Below are positions 47,425-55,357 of a stretch of DNA of 64,000 bases, piece by piece. This DNA is from an uncultured bacterium. GTDB lineage: Bacteria > Fidelibacterota > Marinisomatia > Marinisomatales > JACNKV01. Position numbers and translations under genes: made by a program. Numbering within the stretch: position 1 is the first letter of the stretch; every line of letters starts with the position of its first letter. Location of the stretch: assembly GCA_964645915.1 (NCBI GenBank), contig CAZYDH010000002.1:91607-155606 (forward strand), read 5' to 3'. The notes under the pieces were generated by a model. The model was not told the origin of the DNA and ran no database searches. It saw only the letters and a program-made list of their open reading frames with translations.

Positions 47425-48218
47425 ATCAAGATCCTTCCAGAGTCCGGACGCTCCTTCATAATAATTGCTGGAGGATCCGCTGGGCAGATCATCTCGCATA
47501 CGCCGCAACCAACACACCCATCAAGTATTTCAGGGAGGAAGGCCTTTTTACCATTAACTGTTCCGACTTCCTTCATCTGAATGGCATGTTTCGGTGGACA
47601 TTGTAGTTTATCACCAGACGGTGGAGTCCCTGCCTTGCACATATCCATACGAATTTCAATAGGGCATTGTCTTACACATAGATCACAACTTTCCAGATCA
47701 TAAGGATGCTCTTTCAAAGGGGTCGGGTTCCAGCGATCGATTTCATTGTAACGAAGTTTTCCTTCAAAATTCTCACCACGTGCAAACCCTTTGAATCCTT
47801 TCCCTTGAGCTGCAAGGCATTGAGTAGGTGCTGCTACTGTTGCGATAGCCATTTCAGATTGGTGGGAATAATCAATATCATGCGATAATGCACCGGTAGG
47901 GCATGCCAAGACACACTGAAGCGCATCACAAGAAAAATCACATGCCTGATCACGTGGTTCTATGAATGGTGTTCCAATTCCAAAACCGTCTGTAAGGTCA
48001 GCAATTTTTATTGCATTGACCGGACATACTTGGACACATTGTCCACATTTAATACAAGACGCTAAGAATTTGTCTTCTCTTAGTGCTCCCGGAGGACGTA
48101 GTTTTTTTACCCAACCTTTTAGAAGAGGAAGAATGCCCATAATTGAGATACCTATTACCGTAGTACCAAATAATAAACTTTTAATAAAAGTGCGTCGTGT
48201 AGTTGTTTTCTTAACCAT
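47421..48218 (-). CDS. nosG: NosG (NapG-like) periplasmic polyferredoxin with a Tat signal
   Basis: The twin-arginine signal is TTRRTFIKSLL. Several CxxCxxCxxxCP clusters follow (CIKCGQCVQVCP, CVGCGVCEMICP). Confidence 0.75.
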   Translation of the reverse strand: MVKKTTTRRTFIKSLLFGTTVIGISIMGILPLLKGWVKKLRPPGALREDKFLASCIKCGQCVQVCPVNAIKIADLTDGFGIGTPFIEPRDQACDFSCDALQCVLACPTGALSHDIDYSHQSEMAIATVAAPTQCLAAQGKGFKGFARGENFEGKLRYNEIDRWNPTPLKEHPYDLESCDLCVRQCPIEIRMDMCKAGTPPSGDKLQCPPKHAIQMKEVGTVNGKKAFLPEILDGCVGCGVCEMICPADPPAIIMKERPDSGRILI

Positions 48219-48232
48219 GAGTATAATATCTA

Positions 48233-49561
48233 TTAAAAATACGGATTTTCATCTTCATTAGACGATTGTTTTTGAGTATTTAATAAGTCTAATAACCTTT
48301 TACGACCTTCATCCATATTTTTTTCTATAATTTCGGGTGTAATAGGAATTGTGCTAGGAACAGGATCATGCATGATAAGTAAAGGATCTGTAAAAGGAGC
48401 TAAACGTTCAAGAAAATCAAGGACTTCAAGCATGGGAGATCCTTTGAAAAACTGTGCATAAGCCACATCCTGCCAAATGCGATCAGCATAGCTGTAAAGT
48501 TTATAAGGAGTATCTCCAACAAAGTCCTCATCAAGATCGAATCCTTCAAAATCACTCCAATAATTTCCTTCCCATAGATGGTGATTTGCTGTTCCACTCC
48601 CGCCAACTGAAATTTGAGTTAAATTACCGGCAAACTGATTTTTAATGAATTCATTTCCATGCCAATCATTAAGGAACCGAATTCCAACACCATTATACGC
48701 AATTAAATTTTGTTCGAATAGATTCACTGTTTCTGGTTGAAAGGGTGATATATCAATATACAGTCCGCTAGCACAGTAAAGAATTTTATTATTAGCAACG
48801 GTTAGATCAGAAGTCTCCTTAAAACCAATTCCAACTCCGGTAGGACCTGCCGCGTGAGCAATAAAATTATTTTTTACAATTATTCCGTCACTATACATCA
48901 AAAAGATTCCGACCGCATTATTATAATAACTATTATTTTCTACAAGATTATAACGCGAATACATAAAGTGTAATGAATAACGACAATTTGTCCCTGTGTT
49001 TCCTCGAATAGAATTATCGGCGGAATACCATACTACCATATCTCTAGAATCTTGGATCTCATTCGCTTCTATTTTATTTTGAAAACTATACCATAATCGA
49101 ACGGCGTCACCTCGTTGTCCCAATTCAAAATCTTTAGAGGAAATTTTATTTCGTCGCACAATACAATTGTTTGATTGCTGAAGATCAACCCCAAAAAGAC
49201 AGTTCTCAATGGTGTTGTCTTTTACAACATTAAAGTTACCTCTGATCTGAACTCCAGCATCAATATCGTTATGAGACTCCCCAGAGTTCGTAAGTTTTAG
49301 CCCTTTTATTGTAGCCCCATCGGTTTCAAGGTAAATGACAGATCCTTTACCATTAGCATCTATTGTCACTTTGTTTTGACCATCAATGGTAATGGGCTGC
49401 TCGATTATAACAGGACCGCTGTATATCCCGGGTTCAGGGATAATAATAGAATTCTTTTCAGCATTATCTATCAATTCTTGGAAAGATGGATAGGAGGCGA
49501 ATATGAAGGAGGTATAAAAAAAGAAGAACAGAGGAAAAAATCTAAATTTCTTCCTCTGCAT
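48233..49561 (-). CDS. nosD: NosD, periplasmic beta-helix component of the NosDFY maturation machinery
   Basis: A signal peptide is followed by parallel beta-helix repeats (NSGESHNDIDAGV..., ENCLFGV...) and the conserved C-terminal LEVLDFLERLAPF. It sits between nosB and nosG. Start ATG 49561 removes the overlap with nosB. Confidence 0.85.
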   Translation of the reverse strand: MQRKKFRFFPLFFFFYTSFIFASYPSFQELIDNAEKNSIIIPEPGIYSGPVIIEQPITIDGQNKVTIDANGKGSVIYLETDGATIKGLKLTNSGESHNDIDAGVQIRGNFNVVKDNTIENCLFGVDLQQSNNCIVRRNKISSKDFELGQRGDAVRLWYSFQNKIEANEIQDSRDMVVWYSADNSIRGNTGTNCRYSLHFMYSRYNLVENNSYYNNAVGIFLMYSDGIIVKNNFIAHAAGPTGVGIGFKETSDLTVANNKILYCASGLYIDISPFQPETVNLFEQNLIAYNGVGIRFLNDWHGNEFIKNQFAGNLTQISVGGSGTANHHLWEGNYWSDFEGFDLDEDFVGDTPYKLYSYADRIWQDVAYAQFFKGSPMLEVLDFLERLAPFTDPLLIMHDPVPSTIPITPEIIEKNMDEGRKRLLDLLNTQKQSSNEDENPYF

Positions 49562-49589
49562 CTCTAAATTATTTTTATAGGAAAAATTG

Positions 49590-50753
49590 TTATTTCTCAC
49601 TGTCCTCTGCAGCATCTAGACTGCGCTTGGAAAGAAAAGCAAATAGAAGTAATGCTGAGAATACCAGCATTAAAAAGAATCCCATGTGCGGATAAGAATT
49701 TGTGGTAAACTGAGCGACTTTTCCCTGTCCGAAAACAGTAGGCATAAACGGCTTAAGTGTGAATGCACCCATCGAGTTCATATTATGTCCGTACCAATTC
49801 AACCAAGCAGCATAAATGACCACAAATAATACCGGAAGGGAAGCAGGGATCAATATAAGCAACTTATGAATAAGTCCTTTTGTTTTCCTTGACCCGTATA
49901 CAAAGCCAATCATCGCAATGACAATTAAAAAGAATAAAATGCTTGTAACGCGGACCATATTATCCACCATAGGATTATTTTTTACGGGGTCATTGAACCA
50001 ACGAGCAAGGCTTGTACGATAATGCCAACCCAATAATTGGATACCAGTTCCTTTCCATTCTTCATTCGTTCCCAAACTTTTTTGATTTGACTCAAAAGCA
50101 TCTTTTAGGAAGGCAATATCCTTTTCTTTTTGTGATAATTGCTCTTCTTTTTCTTCTTCAATAATCACACCACTTTCGGCTAAAGATGCTTTCATACTGG
50201 CTATCAGAGCTTCAGCCGGAGTCATTTCTTCATCTAAACTTTCGCTGTCTTCACCCAAAGCAATGATACGACCTGCTAGAAAATCTTTATGATGATATTT
50301 AATACCATTTGGGACATAAAGAACAACAGAAAGCCAAATTGCGATCAATGTAAAACCGGTAGCTAATGTTATTATGCGTTTTTTGGGATTATCAACAAGA
50401 TACCCCATTAGCATGACTCCAAGCATAGATAGCAGAAAGATTGAAATTAATATCTCAATAGGTCCACCGGCTGCAATCGGATACATACCGACATAGTGGT
50501 TAATCGTATCCATTTCATGTACACAGTCCAATGTGGTTTGTTCTATCTCTTCATTTTCTACTTCTTCACATCCATTAAACACACCGTGAGCATGAAAATG
50601 TATTTTAACACCATCCGGAAATGATTCTTGAGGATAGTTTGGGGCAGTAAGAGATACCCACCAAATCGGAATATTATAAATTGGAAATAAAAGAATTATT
50701 GCTAGAATAATCGGAAGCTTCGTCCGTAAAAAAGCATTTAGTTGAGGAGTCAT
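49590..50753 (-). CDS. nosB: NosB-like integral membrane protein of clade II nos clusters
   Basis: It is a polytopic membrane protein between the cytochromes c and nosD, the position held by nosB in clade II clusters. It has a long acidic soluble insertion. The assignment rests mainly on context. Confidence 0.5.
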   Translation of the reverse strand: MTPQLNAFLRTKLPIILAIILLFPIYNIPIWWVSLTAPNYPQESFPDGVKIHFHAHGVFNGCEEVENEEIEQTTLDCVHEMDTINHYVGMYPIAAGGPIEILISIFLLSMLGVMLMGYLVDNPKKRIITLATGFTLIAIWLSVVLYVPNGIKYHHKDFLAGRIIALGEDSESLDEEMTPAEALIASMKASLAESGVIIEEEKEEQLSQKEKDIAFLKDAFESNQKSLGTNEEWKGTGIQLLGWHYRTSLARWFNDPVKNNPMVDNMVRVTSILFFLIVIAMIGFVYGSRKTKGLIHKLLILIPASLPVLFVVIYAAWLNWYGHNMNSMGAFTLKPFMPTVFGQGKVAQFTTNSYPHMGFFLMLVFSALLLFAFLSKRSLDAAEDSEK

Positions 50754-50766
50754 ATATTAATATTTC

Positions 50767-51489
50767 CTACCAATCAAAATCTGGGTTTACCCAATCTTTA
50801 CTTGGTGCTAGTTTTTCTTTAGGAACCGGGATTCGAGATACATAGTTGATCACCATTTTCATATCATCATCAGAAAATTCTGCAATTTGTTTGACCATAT
50901 CCGGATTAGCATTACGACGTTTACCATCACGAATCCATTCAAATTGTCTCAACATATAAAGATAATGCTGACCATGGATTAGCGGATAATACTTTTCGGC
51001 ATTTCCTTCACCAATTTCACCATGACACTCAACGCAGTTTATTTTGTATAGTTCTTTTCCTTTTTCAAATTCCGGAGTTCCTTCAGCCCATTCACCTTTT
51101 CCATTATCAGGATTCATCGGTAATTTTTGCATATATGCAACGACGTCAGCAATAGATTGAGCACCACCAATAGCACGAGGTAAAGCGAAGGGGTACATCG
51201 TTGGATTATCGCGATTCAATTCACGAATATCAGCTAACTGTTTAATGGCAACCGGAGCTAATTGTCCAGCAATTTGCGGGAATGTACCTTCTTTCGTTCC
51301 CCATCCCTCAGGAAGATGGCAACCAGAACAAACTTCATATACATATAACCCATTTTCTAAATCTGGTGTTAATGTTAAAGCATCATCTCTTTCACTTTCA
51401 CCTGCCATCCACTCGCTGGCATTTTCTTCTTGAGCGACAGCGGGGATTATTAAGGTAATCAGTAAAAAAGGTAGAATTATATTTTTCAT
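50767..51489 (-). CDS. Dihaem c-type cytochrome (c4-like), nos-associated
   Basis: A signal peptide is followed by two CxxCH motifs (CSGCH, CVECH) and c4-type blocks (FPQIAGQ...). Confidence 0.8.
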   Translation of the reverse strand: MKNIILPFLLITLIIPAVAQEENASEWMAGESERDDALTLTPDLENGLYVYEVCSGCHLPEGWGTKEGTFPQIAGQLAPVAIKQLADIRELNRDNPTMYPFALPRAIGGAQSIADVVAYMQKLPMNPDNGKGEWAEGTPEFEKGKELYKINCVECHGEIGEGNAEKYYPLIHGQHYLYMLRQFEWIRDGKRRNANPDMVKQIAEFSDDDMKMVINYVSRIPVPKEKLAPSKDWVNPDFDW

Positions 51490-51513
51490 TTTTTACTCTA
51501 AGTTTATTAATTA

Positions 51514-52176
51514 TTAAGGGGCAAGTTTTGATATATAATCTGATATAATGTCAATTTCTTCATCGGTGACTAAAAACATCACGCTCTTCATAGCCATCGT
51601 CATTCCATTGGAACGCTCACCGGATTTGATATCATGAATCTGTTGTTTAACATACTCAGGGCTTTGTCCAGTGATTTTTGGATATTCAGGCATGATGGGT
51701 GTTTTTCCGTCTCTACCATGACAAGTAAAACAGGTTTTACGACGGAACAATCGTGAACCGTCGGATCTTCTTTCAGGAGGAGGTCCTGTTGCCTCTCCTC
51801 GTGGAAGTTCAGACACATATTGTGCTAAAATCTCTAATTCTTCGTCAGACACTAATTGCATTATTCCATGCATGGCTGCAGTTTGGTTGTTATCACGTGC
51901 ACCACTTTTAATATCGCGCATTTGTTGAAGAATATAATTGATATTTTGTCCTGCAATTGTTGGATAAATAGGATCTAAAGGTGTTTTTCCATCTTCTCCA
52001 TGGCATATAAAACATGTTTTATTGTGATAGAGAGAGTCTCCAATCGCATTAGCCTGAGTAAGCTCTGTCTTTAATAAAGAAACCTCAGGTGTGGTGTTCT
52101 CGTTAAGATTCTTGGGAGCCAATGCCACTAAAGACAAAAGTATTAGAATTGTGATTCCGTATCTAATCAGTTTCAT
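51514..52176 (-). CDS. Dihaem c-type cytochrome (c4-like), nos-associated
   Basis: The start MKLIRYGITILILLSLVALA at 52176 looks like a signal peptide. Two CxxCH motifs are present (CFICH, CFTCH), each followed by (I/M)xxYPxI(A/T)GQ and a distal Met-containing block. Confidence 0.8.
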   Translation of the reverse strand: MKLIRYGITILILLSLVALAPKNLNENTTPEVSLLKTELTQANAIGDSLYHNKTCFICHGEDGKTPLDPIYPTIAGQNINYILQQMRDIKSGARDNNQTAAMHGIMQLVSDEELEILAQYVSELPRGEATGPPPERRSDGSRLFRRKTCFTCHGRDGKTPIMPEYPKITGQSPEYVKQQIHDIKSGERSNGMTMAMKSVMFLVTDEEIDIISDYISKLAP

Positions 52177-52214
52177 GTAAAATATTTCTATTAATATTGT
52201 TGAACATTCAAAGC

Positions 52215-52246
52215 GGGCTTCGAATGACAAAAATCATCCGAAGCCC
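52215..52246 (-). other. Intercistronic stem-loop between nosZ and the first cytochrome c gene
   Basis: gggcttcgaatga-caaaaa-tcatccgaagccc forms a 13-bp stem with one mismatch or wobble. A smaller hairpin, ccctaaaagtaggg, lies at 52269-52282. Neither is followed by a clear U-run on the transcribed strand. Confidence 0.5.
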
Positions 52247-52296
52247 TTAGTTGTATTAGTTTAAATTACCCTAAAAGTAGGGCACGAGTAAAACGT

Positions 52297-54591
52297 TTAC
52301 TTAACTTTTCTTGCTCCATTCTCATCAAGATATGTTTTTGCACGCAAGCCAAGGTCAGCAGTTTTTACTTGATACTGCCACCACTGATTTGCCCAAAGCA
52401 TAGCATTTTGCCAATCTTTTTTCTTGGCTGCTTTTTCAGCTTTCTTCTTAGCCTCTTCAGCAAAGCCAAGCTGATCAGTTGCGTCCTCAACAAGTGAAAC
52501 TACGGTAGCAAAATCAGTATAGTTATGGCTGGTAATATAGGTAACAACCATATTGATTACTTCTTGAGTTTCTAGGTTAACCTTAACCTGTTTTTCGTAG
52601 TCAGCTTTGGAGTAAGTAGTTCCTTCAACCATCTTCTTTTTCTTGCCTTTATAACCTTTAGGTTTCACAAGCAAGTAACCCTGCATTTCAAGGTGAAGAG
52701 CCGAACAGAATTCCGTACAGTAGTATGGATAAACTCCGGGCTGATCAGCGGTGAATGTAGCAGATGCTGTTTTCCCCGGTTCTATAGATAGCTGAACATT
52801 TTGTCCATACATTGCGAAACCGTGAACTTCATCTTCTGCACGTTCAAGGTTTGTTAAATGGATAGAAACAACATCGCCTTCATTTACTTCAATAATTTCC
52901 GGATTGATGTGTGAACGAATTAAAGTACCATAAACATCTACTTTCTTTCCAACGCGTTGGATTTTTTCACGACCAGCGCGTGTTCTGTATTTGGAAGGAG
53001 CGTCAGTTCTACTATCCCAACCGGTTTGATATCGAACGATAGGTTTCAATTTATCCGCGCTAATTGCAGCGGCATAATGAGGTTCACCCATCGGTAAAGG
53101 CATATCATAGAGTAATTCCATGTTTGCACCTTTGATATCAATCAGCTGGTGATTCTGAGGATGTAAGGGTCCTACCGGATTGAAACGATCGATAGAAAGT
53201 TTATTCAATGCGACAAGATATTTTCCATCAGGAGTCTTTGAGTCGCCTTCCATTGTCATTAGGTGACCTACGTTGTAATGAATGGGTATATCATCAAGGA
53301 TTTTCCCAGTTTTGTAGTTCCATTTGGTGATCTTTGAATCAACATAGATCGAAGTATAACATACACCATCTTCAGAATCATATTGTGTATGTAATGGACC
53401 TAAACCAACATTTACTGAACGTTCAAGTGCGGTTTTTAATGCAATTATCGGAATCCCGTAAGGATCGGTTCCTTCAAAGTCTTCATTTTTGATTGCTTCT
53501 TGAATCTTAGCAAAACTATAAACCCAAGCATGACTATCTAACTTACCGGATACAATAATATGTTTTCCATCAGGTGTTACGTCACAACCATGAGGACTTT
53601 TTGGTTCTGGGACAAGAAACATTAAATTATATTTTAATGCATCTTCAATTGTAATAAGATATTGTCCGTTTACTTTTTTGATTTTTCCTTTTTTGACTAA
53701 TTCTTCGGCTTTTTTCCAATTAGTCACATGAAGGAAATCGGTATCTTTTGAAGAGCATCCTGCTTCAAAAGGTGGGCGTCCGCTTTCAATTCCACCAATA
53801 TATCGTTCTGAACAGAAAGAATTAGAGAAACCCCATCCATAACTTGGACCTTTACCCGCATCAGAAATATCCTGACTGTAAGGAGGCATTTCAAATGTGA
53901 ATGATTCTTCAGGGACTAAACGTCCTTTTTCACGGTTGAATTTCCAGTAAGTCAGCCCTCCGCGATATTTTTCATTGAAATCTTCCAATGGCACATAATC
54001 GTTTGTGAATGGACCAGCATACTGACTTGTTTCCATAACATATTCAGTATTAGGTGTTACAAATGCACCACCATGTTCATTTTTGAAAAAGGGATTAACA
54101 ACAATCTGTTTTGTTTCAAAATCGTGTAGATCAACGACAGCAACTCGTGGATTAGCTTTATCATTGATGAATAGATACTGTCCGTCATATTCTCCATCAG
54201 TTTCAGAAAAAGATGGATGGTGAGTATCACCATAAGTAATATCTTTTCCACGAATTCTTCCTTGAGCTAAAACAGCTTTAGATTCATCATCGAATCCATA
54301 TCCCTGCCAAGGTTCTGGAGTAAAGACAGCTACATATTTAAGAATTCTCATAGATGGAATTCCATAAACAATCAATTGACCACTTTGTCCTCCTGAACTG
54401 AAGCAAATGTATTCATCTCTACCGCCGGTTGGTGTGTAAGTTTTAGCAGCAGCAAGAATGTTCTTTTCAGTCAGTCCTCTTTCCTGCATTACTTTTTGTA
54501 AGGCGGTTTGAGACCAAACCTGACTAGTCATGATTAATCCCATCAGAATTATCATAATTGTCATGTATGGTTTCTTGTTCCTAGGTTTCAT
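52297..54591 (-). CDS. nosZ: Nitrous-oxide reductase NosZ, clade II (Sec-dependent type), with a 120-aa haem-free C-terminal extension
   Basis: GGAGG lies 7 nt upstream of the ATG. The signal is Sec-type, with no RR motif. Candidates for all seven CuZ His ligands are present (DTHHP, NEHGG, SPHGC, PLHTQ, VGHLM, EPHY). The CuA ligands are present too (HGFAM; CTEFCSALHLEM). Confidence 0.95.
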   Translation of the reverse strand: MKPRNKKPYMTIMIILMGLIMTSQVWSQTALQKVMQERGLTEKNILAAAKTYTPTGGRDEYICFSSGGQSGQLIVYGIPSMRILKYVAVFTPEPWQGYGFDDESKAVLAQGRIRGKDITYGDTHHPSFSETDGEYDGQYLFINDKANPRVAVVDLHDFETKQIVVNPFFKNEHGGAFVTPNTEYVMETSQYAGPFTNDYVPLEDFNEKYRGGLTYWKFNREKGRLVPEESFTFEMPPYSQDISDAGKGPSYGWGFSNSFCSERYIGGIESGRPPFEAGCSSKDTDFLHVTNWKKAEELVKKGKIKKVNGQYLITIEDALKYNLMFLVPEPKSPHGCDVTPDGKHIIVSGKLDSHAWVYSFAKIQEAIKNEDFEGTDPYGIPIIALKTALERSVNVGLGPLHTQYDSEDGVCYTSIYVDSKITKWNYKTGKILDDIPIHYNVGHLMTMEGDSKTPDGKYLVALNKLSIDRFNPVGPLHPQNHQLIDIKGANMELLYDMPLPMGEPHYAAAISADKLKPIVRYQTGWDSRTDAPSKYRTRAGREKIQRVGKKVDVYGTLIRSHINPEIIEVNEGDVVSIHLTNLERAEDEVHGFAMYGQNVQLSIEPGKTASATFTADQPGVYPYYCTEFCSALHLEMQGYLLVKPKGYKGKKKKMVEGTTYSKADYEKQVKVNLETQEVINMVVTYITSHNYTDFATVVSLVEDATDQLGFAEEAKKKAEKAAKKKDWQNAMLWANQWWQYQVKTADLGLRAKTYLDENGARKVK

Positions 54592-54839
54592 GATACCTCC
54601 TTTGTTAACAAATTCTAATTACTACCATCAGGTTGTATATTAGTAAATCCAATAGCTAAGTTTATTAATAATCGCTTATATTAACAAAGTATTATTCTGT
54701 CAAATAAGTTGATATTTCGAAGAAATATTTACCGATTATTTTAAAATTATCTTTGATTGATTTTAAGATAAATAAATAATTGGTTCATTAAACAAAATAA
54801 TCATTACCTTTTACGAATTAATACGGTACTCAATCTCTA

Positions 54840-55229
54840 ATGATAATCAAATCAAAAAAATATAATGGAGTCATTCTGTTACTGCTAATAACCTATTTAT
54901 TAGCGACAAACACAGTATTACATCCGGTTTTAGAGTATATTGTTGATTATCAAACGATTGTTAATGAAAAATGTGAAAATCGTACAGTACCCGAATCAGA
55001 TTGCAATGGTAAATGCTATTTAAAAGACCAAATTGTTAAATTAGTTCAAACAGAAGAAGATCCAATTGATAAATTCGTTCAGATTCCCAAAAAGATGAAT
55101 GTTGATCCTCATCTATATTATACTGAAAATCCTTCTTTTTATACATTACAATCATTAGAGTGTTTTTTAGATATGCACATAATTGAATTATTAGACCACC
55201 TAGATATAGACCGCCCTCCTGAATGTTAG
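54840..55229 (+). CDS. Small membrane-anchored Cys-motif protein (129 aa), uncharacterised
   Basis: An N-terminal TM (VILLLLITYLLATNTVL) is followed by CENRTVPESDCNGKCYLKDQ (C-x9-C-x3-C). The gene is divergent from nosZ and lies 128 nt upstream of a TonB-dependent receptor gene. Confidence 0.5.
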   Translation: MIIKSKKYNGVILLLLITYLLATNTVLHPVLEYIVDYQTIVNEKCENRTVPESDCNGKCYLKDQIVKLVQTEEDPIDKFVQIPKKMNVDPHLYYTENPSFYTLQSLECFLDMHIIELLDHLDIDRPPEC

Positions 55230-55357
55230 AATAGTTATCCTAGATAACACACAAAAAAAAAGACTGCATATAGTCATTTTCGAATAAACCATGGGTTCAA
55301 AACTTATTTTACCCAGATTTATTCAAACATATTTTAACATTACAAAAAAGGAATAAT

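Noticed and set aside
47334-48261. Plus-strand ORFs (47334-47606, 47706-47888, 47962-48261) and the 97-nt nosG/nosH overlap implied by the ORF track.
   Set aside because: The plus-strand ORFs are antisense shadows of the Cys-rich ferredoxin genes. The nosH N-terminal extension disappears when ATG 47424 is used, which forms an ATGA junction with the nosG stop.
54753-54766. A possible FNR/DNR-type box, TTGATtgatTTTAA, in the nosZ upstream region.
   Set aside because: Only the left half-site matches TTGAT-N4-ATCAA, which is expected by chance in AT-rich DNA.
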